Virus record (IMG/VR): IMGVR_UViG_3300022928_000001
Origin: an uncultured virus (IMG/VR IMGVR_UViG_3300022928_000001)
Lineage: Duplodnaviria; Heunggongvirae; Uroviricota; Caudoviricetes
DNA: 64,000 bases
Strand: one strand, 5' to 3'
Shown: positions 1-6,372 of the stretch, piece by piece
How the letters are laid out: every line of letters starts with the position of its first letter
How positions within the stretch are numbered: position 1 is the first letter of the stretch
Translations under genes and position numbers: made by a program
Notes under the pieces: generated by a model
What the model saw: only the letters and a program-made list of their open reading frames with translations
Database searches by the model: none
Told to the model about the DNA's origin: nothing

Positions 1-70
1 TCACCATTGCTTTTCGTTTACACTCCCACGCTAGCCAAGAGGTACGCCGGTTTTTTTGGCCCTATATAAG

Positions 71-173
71 ATACCGAGGGCACAGCTCATTACCTGTATT
101 TTAACTAGTATCATATCGCTCGTCAGCGACCCTCGGTGTAATATTGCTCCCTAAAGGTTCTCTTCAATATTAC
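71..173. ncRNA. Putative structured RNA (multibranch element plus adjacent hairpin)
   Basis: ACCGAGGG(73-80)/CCCTCGGT(130-137) encloses hairpins ACAG-N8-CTGT (82-97) and TCGCT-N4-AGCGA (116-129); GTAATATTG(138-146)/CAATATTAC(165-173) follows; GC-rich for this genome; no ORF in track. Confidence 0.45.
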
Positions 174-178
174 TTTTG

Positions 179-254
179 TGGACGTGGTAGGAGTCGAACC
201 TACGTTTGCTGATAGTGTACTTTCGAACTTTGTCAGCACTTACCCGTCACGCCC
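179..254 (-). ncRNA. tRNA-like RNA resembling the tmRNA tRNA-like domain (Ala identity), without mRNA-like domain
   Basis: GGGCGTG/CACGTCC acceptor stem with G3.U70, discriminator A, perfect T arm GTAGG-TTCGACT-CCTAC, stemless 9-nt D region, TGCTGA/TCAGCA helix with 20-nt loop. Confidence 0.75.
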
Positions 255-256
255 AA

Positions 257-448
257 TTATTTGCGTCGCCAAGATCTGTGCACTGCTGCACTTGTTGCTT
301 GGTCAACAACTTGTATTTCTAAAACCTGTTTGCTGCCAATGATTGGTACATAACTATATAGTTGTGTATCAGAGCATTGCACACAATTTCTATAACCCAT
401 TTTAATTCTAACTGGATGAACTTTATTACCGCATCTACAATATTTCAT
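257..448 (-). CDS. DksA/TraR-like C4 zinc-finger protein
   Basis: CCRCGNKVHPVRIKMGYRNCVQC fits C-x2-C-G-x2-[IV]-x3-R-[LI]...C-[VI]-x-C; coupled to upstream ORF by ATGA. Confidence 0.6.
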   Translation of the reverse strand: MKYCRCGNKVHPVRIKMGYRNCVQCSDTQLYSYVPIIGSKQVLEIQVVDQATSAAVHRSWRRK

Positions 449-591
449 AATTGTTGATTTAATATATAATTTATAACCTGAGATGGTGTACCTGTTACGG
501 TAGTCTCTTCGCCATACAAATCTTCAAATTTTAATTGATAAAACTTTGGTTTGTGTATAGCAAACGGAGTGTTGTATTTATTGCCCGCCAT
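445..591 (-). CDS. Hypothetical early protein (48 aa, MAGNKYNTPF...)
   Basis: Translated by hand; fills gap; ATGA overlap with 257..448. Confidence 0.6.
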   Translation of the reverse strand: MAGNKYNTPFAIHKPKFYQLKFEDLYGEETTVTGTPSQVINYILNQQL

Positions 592-808
592 TTTCAACTA
601 ATTCTGTAGGTTCATATTTATTTTCAATATAATCAATTAGCTTTACAGTAAAGTATTCGATAATATCATTGCCGTCGAAGCCGTCGTCAATTAATGGTTT
701 AAATTTTTCAACAGCGTATTCAACTTGCCATTCATCAATTAATGATGACATTCTTTTGAATTTGTTTTGTAAATCAATGTAATTTTGTAAGTTTGTGTTT
801 TTATTCAT
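578..808 (-). CDS. Hypothetical early protein
   Basis: ORF track; directly downstream of promoter motif; A-rich leader. Confidence 0.7.
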   Translation of the reverse strand: MNKNTNLQNYIDLQNKFKRMSSLIDEWQVEYAVEKFKPLIDDGFDGNDIIEYFTVKLIDYIENKYEPTELVENGGQ

Positions 809-828
809 ATTATTATTTTTTATTCATA

Positions 829-862
829 TATATTATCACGTATAAATTAATTTTGTAACGTA
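829..862 (-). promoter_or_regulatory. Class I (early) promoter motif, copy 1
   Basis: TACGTTACAA-N13-GTGATAATATA; both boxes and spacing identical in 4 copies upstream of minus-strand genes. Confidence 0.8.
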
Positions 863-1008
863 TTTTGTTTAAAATATTCACGTATTTGGTTCATAAGGGA
901 TAAGCCAATATCATAATTATTATAAACGTAATTTACTTTTTGGTCAATATTAAGTTCTGTTTTACTTGTGTTAACATAATCTAATATGTCAATATGTGAT
1001 CTGTTCAT
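847..1008 (-). CDS. Hypothetical early protein (53 aa, MNRSHIDILD...)
   Basis: Translated by hand; ATGA overlap with 1005..1199. Confidence 0.6.
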   Translation of the reverse strand: MNRSHIDILDYVNTSKTELNIDQKVNYVYNNYDIGLSLMNQIREYFKQNTLQN

Positions 1009-1199
1009 TTTGTTACTCTTTTAATTAAACTAAATAATAGTTGTTGTTTTACTTGTAATTCTAATTCATATAAATCATCAAATTCATTTAATTCAAAATC
1101 TGATGGATCCATTTGCCAGTGTATTGTATTGTCAATATGCTCGTCAACTTCTTCAATAATTTTGTCAGCTATATTTGCTATTAAATTTTTATTATACAT
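1005..1199 (-). CDS. Hypothetical acidic early protein
   Basis: ORF track; tight packing; D/E-rich. Confidence 0.7.
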   Translation of the reverse strand: MYNKNLIANIADKIIEEVDEHIDNTIHWQMDPSDFELNEFDDLYELELQVKQQLLFSLIKRVTK

Positions 1200-1200
1200 A

Positions 1201-1401
1201 TTAATATCCGTATTTTAAATAATGTTTAATTGTATTAGCACTTGCTTTGTTAAAAGCGTGTACTCTATCTCTGTATTTTTGATCGGTACAATATTTTTTC
1301 ATTGCATTTACGCTAGTAATACCGTGATCAGTACCATATTTTTGCTCAAATTTAGCTATTTGTAGCAATTTTTCGTCCATCATTTGTTTAGTTATATTCA
1401 T
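1201..1401 (-). CDS. Hypothetical early protein
   Basis: ORF track; downstream of promoter copy 2. Confidence 0.7.
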   Translation of the reverse strand: MNITKQMMDEKLLQIAKFEQKYGTDHGITSVNAMKKYCTDQKYRDRVHAFNKASANTIKHYLKYGY

Positions 1402-1416
1402 ATTGTTTTATTTTAT

Positions 1417-1450
1417 TATATTATCACGGTGTTTTGTATTTTGTAACGTA
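1417..1450 (-). promoter_or_regulatory. Class I (early) promoter motif, copy 2
   Basis: TACGTTACAA-N13-GTGATAATATA, intergenic. Confidence 0.8.
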
Positions 1451-1463
1451 TTTTATATAGCAA

Positions 1464-1595
1464 TTACAAATATTTTTCTTGTTGCCACTGTGGAATTTCA
1501 GAATTTAAACGTTTATAGTATTCTAATTCTAATAATTCAATTTGTGCTTTTGATATTTTTAATATCTTATTTCTTTTTACTTTACGATTTCGCAT
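1464..1595 (-). CDS. Hypothetical early protein (43 aa, MRNRKVKRNK...)
   Basis: Translated by hand; fills gap in early operon. Confidence 0.5.
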   Translation of the reverse strand: MRNRKVKRNKILKISKAQIELLELEYYKRLNSEIPQWQQEKYL

Positions 1596-1921
1596 TCTGT
1601 TTCAATTTCTTTAATAGTTTCATCTAATACTTTTTCCATTTCATTCCATAAATCAAACACGTCATTGTTTACAAAATAATCGTATATACAAACAAACGCC
1701 GCTTGATAGATATCATCTGGACGGCCGTATACGTCATGATCAAGGAAATAATACTCTTCATTGTTTGTTAAGTATTCTTTACATTCATAGTCATATATTA
1801 CAGCAGTGTTAATATAATCATGAAAGTATTGATAAAAATCATCGCTATCATTTATTTCGCCGCCATGAAACGCTAACCAAGCTTCGTCTTGGAAATCGTG
1901 TAATAAGTTTTCTAGTTTCAT
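1577..1921 (-). CDS. Ocr-like (T7 gp0.3-like) DNA-mimic anti-restriction protein
   Basis: 114 aa, very acidic and aromatic; EINDSDDFYQYFHDYINTAVIY and IYDY...DLWNEMEKVLDETIKEIE parallel the T7 Ocr segments [23 protein letters not shown] and IYEQ...DLWEDAEDLLNEYLEEVE (recalled, aligned by eye). Confidence 0.7.
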   Translation of the reverse strand: MKLENLLHDFQDEAWLAFHGGEINDSDDFYQYFHDYINTAVIYDYECKEYLTNNEEYYFLDHDVYGRPDDIYQAAFVCIYDYFVNNDVFDLWNEMEKVLDETIKEIETECEIVK

Positions 1922-2109
1922 TTGTTTATTATTTTATTTATTTCTTTTATTGCTAAGAATTTTCTTGCTTGATACATTTGATAGTCAAGTAATAATTCTT
2001 CTTGTTTGCCTAAACTATTTCCACCGTTATTAATAGCTAATTCAATTTTAGCCATTTTGTGATCAAATTCACTAATTATTGTATTTAGTTCGCTTATATC
2101 AGTTTTCAT
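1918..2109 (-). CDS. Hypothetical early protein (helical)
   Basis: ORF track; ATGA overlap. Confidence 0.7.
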   Translation of the reverse strand: MKTDISELNTIISEFDHKMAKIELAINNGGNSLGKQEELLLDYQMYQARKFLAIKEINKIINK

Positions 2110-2250
2110 TTATTTATTATAATTAATTATTCCCCATATATCTTTTTCATCAACGTCCCAGCGATTTAATATACGCTTAACCATTTCGTCTTTAGTAACA
2201 CCTTCGTGTTCCCATTTATCTATTAGTTCTATTATATATTCTGCTAACAT
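2110..2250 (-). CDS. Hypothetical early protein (46 aa, MLAEYIIELI...)
   Basis: Translated by hand; abuts next start. Confidence 0.6.
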   Translation of the reverse strand: MLAEYIIELIDKWEHEGVTKDEMVKRILNRWDVDEKDIWGIINYNK

Positions 2251-2251
2251 A

Positions 2252-2365
2252 TTATTTTATTACCATTGCTAATAATTCAAATTCATCTTTTGTTATTAAT
2301 CCTTCCCATCTTGCTATTACTAAATGAGAAACATCTCTACCTGTATATTTATTTGTTATAATCAT
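2252..2365 (-). CDS. Hypothetical early protein (37 aa, MIITNKYTGRDVS...)
   Basis: Translated by hand; ATGA overlap with upstream ORF. Confidence 0.55.
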   Translation of the reverse strand: MIITNKYTGRDVSHLVIARWEGLITKDEFELLAMVIK

Positions 2366-2526
2366 AATTTACTAAAGTTTTCTATTATTTCTAATTCTAT
2401 TTTAAATTCTTCTTTTTGAAATTCATTTAACTCATTTAAATAGTCAACATCATTTAACATTTTAACATATTCTTTTAATGAGAAATATATTTTATCAATT
2501 TCATTTTGTGTTAAGTTTACTTTCAT
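2362..2526 (-). CDS. Hypothetical early protein (54 aa, MKVNLTQNEI...)
   Basis: Translated by hand; ATGA overlaps at both ends. Confidence 0.6.
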   Translation of the reverse strand: MKVNLTQNEIDKIYFSLKEYVKMLNDVDYLNELNEFQKEEFKIELEIIENFSKL

Positions 2527-2669
2527 ACTTCTTCTACTTTTAATATATTATCAATTCCAAAATGTTTTATAACTTTTTCAATACTATCACTTTTCATATA
2601 TTTTACGTAGTGATTTACATTTCCTTTACAATTCCAGTGTGTTGTTTTAGTTACTTTAAACATTTTCAT
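2523..2669 (-). CDS. Hypothetical early protein (48 aa, MKMFKVTKTT...)
   Basis: Translated by hand; ATGA overlap. Confidence 0.55.
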   Translation of the reverse strand: MKMFKVTKTTHWNCKGNVNHYVKYMKSDSIEKVIKHFGIDNILKVEEV

Positions 2670-2684
2670 AATTTCTATTTTTAT

Positions 2685-2885
2685 TTATATTAATTCTTTA
2701 TTAGCATTTGGTTGTAAGTGGTAAACTCTATAATAGTATTCTTCTATACTTTCATTATATTTCATTTCTATTTTACTTTCAACATAAATTAGATTTTCAT
2801 TTTGTATTTGTTGTTTACTTCCATAGTAGTTAGGTAAGTGAATTCTTTCCATTTCTTCTAAGATAAAGTTTTTTAAATCTTTCAT
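2685..2885 (-). CDS. Hypothetical early protein
   Basis: ORF track; downstream of promoter copy 3. Confidence 0.7.
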   Translation of the reverse strand: MKDLKNFILEEMERIHLPNYYGSKQQIQNENLIYVESKIEMKYNESIEEYYYRVYHLQPNANKELI

Positions 2886-2907
2886 ATTTTATTATTTTAT
2901 TTACATT

Positions 2908-2941
2908 TATATTATCACTTTATTATAGATATTGTAACGTA
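2908..2941 (-). promoter_or_regulatory. Class I (early) promoter motif, copy 3
   Basis: TACGTTACAA-N13-GTGATAATATA. Confidence 0.8.
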
Positions 2942-3144
2942 CTTTTAGGTATATTTTTTACATTTATAAAACTAAAACCTTTATTTGTAAATTCAATTAA
3001 ATTATCTTCTTTTAAATAAAACTTAAATTCTAGTAAATCATTTATTTTAAAACCTATGTATTTGTTGTTATTAAATTTAAACTTTTTAGTGTGTATAAGT
3101 TTTGATTTGTAGTGATTTGTTTTAAGTTTTGCTAAGTTAGACAT
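2923..3144 (-). CDS. Hypothetical early protein (first gene of early block)
   Basis: ORF track; downstream of promoter copy 4. Confidence 0.65.
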   Translation of the reverse strand: MSNLAKLKTNHYKSKLIHTKKFKFNNNKYIGFKINDLLEFKFYLKEDNLIEFTNKGFSFINVKNIPKSTLQYL

Positions 3145-3168
3145 AGTTTATTATTTATTTGTTACATA

Positions 3169-3202
3169 TATATTATCACTTTATATTATATTTTGTAACG
3201 TA
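3169..3202 (-). promoter_or_regulatory. Class I (early) promoter motif, copy 4
   Basis: TACGTTACAA-N13-GTGATAATATA. Confidence 0.8.
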
Positions 3203-3636
3203 TTTTTATAATAAATATATAAAATGTCCCTTTTTGAATATTTTGCACTATAATATAATATATAACTTTAATAACTTAAAGATCTTATATAAACATTGTG
3301 TATAATTCAGTAAACCAAATACTATATTACATTAATGATAATTTATCATAAGTGTAGGTATAACACAATATCTCTGAGTATATCACAACAAAACATAACA
3401 ATATCTACACATATTGTGACGATAGCTTTAATGTAATGAACATATGACAATGAAATCTATGTAATGTTAAACATATTGCGTCACCATATATGCAACAGAT
3501 CATTGATTTTACTACATTATTAATAGAAATTACATTGTATTACTGTCAATATGGGGGTACTTTATTAATTGACTTTCCTATGTACTTGGTTATCATATAC
3601 ATATATGTAATACAAAACCTCTATATATAAAACATT
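3203..3636. other. Divergent non-coding region; candidate origin or genome terminus
   Basis: Longest gene-free stretch, at the early/late strand switch; five ATGTAAT/ATTACAT boxes. Confidence 0.45.
3226..3256 (+). promoter_or_regulatory. Class II promoter motif, copy 1
   Basis: GTCCCTTT-N9-TTGCACTATAATAT; same boxes and spacing as minus-strand copy at 63482-63512. Confidence 0.7.
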
Positions 3637-3795
3637 ATGAAAAAGAAACGAAGTGTACATACGATATCTCCTTTCTTAAAGAAGGATGCATGTTACTATA
3701 GTGTTAAGGCTAGGTACGATGTATTTCCTTCTGCGTATGCTTCTGGGGCTATAGCAAAATGCCGTAAGGCTGGGGGACCAAAAAAGAAAAAATAA
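3637..3795 (+). CDS. Small basic protein (KDACY...SAYASGAIAKCRK family of marine phages)
   Basis: Translated by hand, 52 aa; recognised motif. Confidence 0.75.
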   Translation: MKKKRSVHTISPFLKKDACYYSVKARYDVFPSAYASGAIAKCRKAGGPKKKK

Positions 3796-3812
3796 ATTAA
3801 ACATCAAACAAC

Positions 3813-4022
3813 ATGGGAATAGGACCACAGAATTTAGGTGCTAGGGGTATGTCTGGAAACAGTAAGCCCTGTGGGTCACCTTTAAAAAAGATTAGCAATT
3901 CATTAGATGGACCGGGTGCAAGCCCTCTAGCAAAGAGTGGATTCAATATTGCGGCTATAGAGGCCAAACAATCAGGAAAAGAAAGTTTTAACTACGGCGG
4001 AAAAAAATTCCCAGTAAAATAA
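3813..4022 (+). CDS. Small basic hypothetical protein
   Basis: ORF track; SPLKK/SPLAK motifs. Confidence 0.7.
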   Translation: MGIGPQNLGARGMSGNSKPCGSPLKKISNSLDGPGASPLAKSGFNIAAIEAKQSGKESFNYGGKKFPVK

Positions 4023-4030
4023 TATATATT

Positions 4031-4432
4031 ATGTATAAGCAAAACCCAGGAGACCCTATAAAGAAATTAGATACTCCAACTACATTTAGAGAAAATAGCC
4101 CGGTAGTAAAGATGGCTAACGATCCATCTAACCCATTATTTAAAATGGATAGCGGTCTATACAAGCACAAGCCAGGTCATAAAGGAGACGATGACTTTAA
4201 CTACAAATCAGATATGGGTAAATACAATCCAACTGTAACATCGTATGAAGGTGATGCGTTTGTAGGTAAAAGAGGTGGCAAAGCTCAAAAGACTGGCGCT
4301 AAGGTATCAGGTTTAACTGAAGGTACGAGAGGCGAGGATAACAAAACTTTCAGAGGTAAAGTTACAGGTCCTGCTAAGTCAACCAAGAGTGAGCAAAGCC
4401 GTAGAGTAAAAGGAGCTACATACTCAAGCTAA
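4031..4432 (+). CDS. Basic low-complexity hypothetical protein
   Basis: ORF track; K/G-rich. Confidence 0.7.
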   Translation: MYKQNPGDPIKKLDTPTTFRENSPVVKMANDPSNPLFKMDSGLYKHKPGHKGDDDFNYKSDMGKYNPTVTSYEGDAFVGKRGGKAQKTGAKVSGLTEGTRGEDNKTFRGKVTGPAKSTKSEQSRRVKGATYSS

Positions 4433-4594
4433 ATGAAAAAGGTAAAGGCTCCTGCTGGTTACCATTGGATGAAAAAGGGTAGTGGGTACAAATTAATGAA
4501 GCATACCGGTAAGTTTGTAAAGCATACCGGGGCTTCTTTATACGCTAGCTTCCCTATACAAAAAGTACATAAAAGTGGCGGTAAGAAAAACTAA
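4433..4594 (+). CDS. Small basic protein (VKAPAGYHWM family)
   Basis: Translated by hand, 53 aa; abuts previous stop. Confidence 0.7.
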   Translation: MKKVKAPAGYHWMKKGSGYKLMKHTGKFVKHTGASLYASFPIQKVHKSGGKKN

Positions 4595-4871
4595 AAAAGG
4601 ATTAGCACTTAAACGTTGGTTTAAAGAAAAGTGGACCGACGAAAAAGGCAATCCTTGCGGTTCCACTAAAAATAAGAATACCAAAAAATGTCGACCATCG
4701 AAACGGGTGTCCGGCAAAACAGTAAAAACCTGGGGTGAAATGTCACCTTCAGAAAAAAAGCGTGCGGTAGCAGAAAAGAAAAAAGTAGGGATGGGAAGGA
4801 AAACATCTCAAATAAGAAGAAAATCTACTAAAGCAAAAAATAATGCAACTACCAAAAAACGGCGTAGCTAA
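4575..4871 (+). CDS. Small basic protein (LKRWFKEKW...PCG...KCRP family)
   Basis: ORF track; motif typical of marine phage basic proteins. Confidence 0.75.
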   Translation: MAVRKTKKGLALKRWFKEKWTDEKGNPCGSTKNKNTKKCRPSKRVSGKTVKTWGEMSPSEKKRAVAEKKKVGMGRKTSQIRRKSTKAKNNATTKKRRS

Positions 4872-5265
4872 AGAACTAAGATCATACGTAGGCTCTTTAT
4901 TTATATTTTTATTTGTAATAGGTATTATAATTACCCTATTGCAGTTTCCAGTATTGGAATCAAATAAAGAAGTAGTAATGGTTTTAATAGGTACAGTAGC
5001 AGCCTCAATACCCACAGTAATAAGTGCAATCACAGGAACTAAGCCTGATGATATAAATGCATTGAAAGGAGATGTTGCTAAAAGAGATCAGCAAATTGAA
5101 CTATTGATTAAGTCAAAAGATGATCTTGAAAAAATGGTTATTGATCTACAAAGAGAGATACTTAAAAATCAAGATGACATTATGGACAAAATTGTTCTTA
5201 AAGCAGCACTCGATTTTGATGATAGAGCTAAAGCTAAAACTATACTAAGAAATAAAAATGGCTAA
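4843..5265 (+). CDS. Membrane protein (2 TM plus coiled coil)
   Basis: Two hydrophobic helices followed by heptad pattern. Confidence 0.7.
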   Translation: MQLPKNGVAKELRSYVGSLFIFLFVIGIIITLLQFPVLESNKEVVMVLIGTVAASIPTVISAITGTKPDDINALKGDVAKRDQQIELLIKSKDDLEKMVIDLQREILKNQDDIMDKIVLKAALDFDDRAKAKTILRNKNG

Positions 5266-5578
5266 AATAGATATTGACGGAGACGGAAAAGCCGACTTTT
5301 CAATAAACATAAGTCAGATAATAACTATAGGTGCATTGTTTGCGTCTATAATTGGTTCTTATTATACATTATCAGCCAAGATTGATGCAAATGCAACTGC
5401 TGTAAAAAAATTAAAAGAAAACGAACAAAAGTATACATGGCCAGCTCAGCGTAAACTTGAAGAAGAAGTGCAGCGAATGACTGTAGAATTTCAAGCAGCC
5501 ATGAAAGATATTGAATACTCCATGCGTGACATAGGTAAACTTCGTGAGGAGCTAGACAGTAAAAGAGATAAAAAATGA
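5258..5578 (+). CDS. Single-TM coiled-coil protein
   Basis: DIDGDGKAD motif, one TM helix, coiled coil. Confidence 0.7.
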   Translation: MAKIDIDGDGKADFSINISQIITIGALFASIIGSYYTLSAKIDANATAVKKLKENEQKYTWPAQRKLEEEVQRMTVEFQAAMKDIEYSMRDIGKLREELDSKRDKK

Positions 5579-5823
5579 GTCAGAAACTTTCCCTTAAAGC
5601 CAGAGCAGCTAAAGCGGCTAGAGACCTGCAATATGCAAATTCGCCTGATAGAAAGGCTAAGCGTGCAGATAGCCAAAAGAAACGTAGAGCTGCGAAGAAG
5701 GCGGGACGTTCTCTGACAAACTTAGATTATGATCATAAAGATCGCAAATTTAAATCCGTTAAAGCCAACAGAGGTAATGACGGAAAAGGTACAAAAAAAG
5801 AAAAACGTAAATTAATTAAATAA
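5575..5823 (+). CDS. Basic protein with minimal HNH-like motif
   Basis: DYDHKD...SVKANRG. Confidence 0.5.
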   Translation: MSQKLSLKARAAKAARDLQYANSPDRKAKRADSQKKRRAAKKAGRSLTNLDYDHKDRKFKSVKANRGNDGKGTKKEKRKLIK

Positions 5824-5826
5824 ACT

Positions 5827-6033
5827 ATGCAAACCATTGTAATTATATTATCAATTTTATTATTTACTGCAGTTGGAATTATTGTAGCAACATATCTTGG
5901 AAAATTTAAAGACTCAGATGCGGATGGCATTCCAGATGAGATTGAAGAATTTGTTGACGAAAAAACAGGTGAGGTAAAAGAAATTGTTAAAAAGTTCACA
6001 AGAAAAAAACCTGGACGCAAAAAGAAAAAATAA
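5827..6033 (+). CDS. Small N-terminal TM protein
   Basis: Hydrophobic N-terminus, DSDADGIPD, basic tail. Confidence 0.7.
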   Translation: MQTIVIILSILLFTAVGIIVATYLGKFKDSDADGIPDEIEEFVDEKTGEVKEIVKKFTRKKPGRKKKK

Positions 6034-6034
6034 T

Positions 6035-6343
6035 ATGCCCGCTAAAAAAACTACACGACGCAAACCCCCTGCACCTTCTAAAAAGAAATCTTTAGGCTAT
6101 TACGCTAAAGTAAACAAGAAGGGTGGAACAGGCAAGAAAGCTGGTGGAGGAATGACGGCTAAAGGTGTTGCAAAGTATCGAAGAGATAATCCCGGTAGTA
6201 AACTAAAAACTGCCGTGACAACACCACCATCAAAATTAAAAAAAGGCAGCAAAGCTGCAAAAAGAAGAAAATCGTTCTGTGCAAGATCTAAAAGCTGGAC
6301 ATCGGAAAGAGGGCTAGCCGCTAGACGCAAATGGAATTGTTAA
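6035..6343 (+). CDS. Small basic protein (GGMTAKG...RRKSFCAR...WNC family)
   Basis: ORF 5984..6343; likely start at ATG 6035 (MPAKK) after previous stop; recognised motif. Confidence 0.75.
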   Translation: MPAKKTTRRKPPAPSKKKSLGYYAKVNKKGGTGKKAGGGMTAKGVAKYRRDNPGSKLKTAVTTPPSKLKKGSKAAKRRKSFCARSKSWTSERGLAARRKWNC

Positions 6344-6347
6344 AAAC

Positions 6348-6372
6348 TAAATTAAATTAAATTAAATTAAAT
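6348..6372 (+). repeat. (TAAAT)x5 leader running into the groEL start codon
   Basis: Five tandem TAAAT units; no Shine-Dalgarno, as expected for Bacteroidota translation starts. Confidence 0.7.

Noticed and set aside
100..130. CTGACGA on the minus strand as a hammerhead ribozyme core
   Set aside because: No properly placed stem II followed by GAAA; the bases sit in their own hairpin
179..254. Canonical tRNA gene
   Set aside because: No D stem and no 7-nt anticodon loop; reported as TLD-like RNA instead
1403..1627. Plus-strand hydrophobic 74-aa ORF in the early block
   Set aside because: Antisense to coupled minus-strand genes and a promoter; TTG start; T-rich artefact
2541..2610. Degenerate class I promoter copies (TATATTATCA, TACTATCAC)
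   Set aside because: Second box missing or misplaced; inside a coding frame
829..3202. 34-bp motif as CRISPR repeats or att sites
   Set aside because: Irregular spacing, variable 13-nt core, genes between copies, no cas or integrase gene
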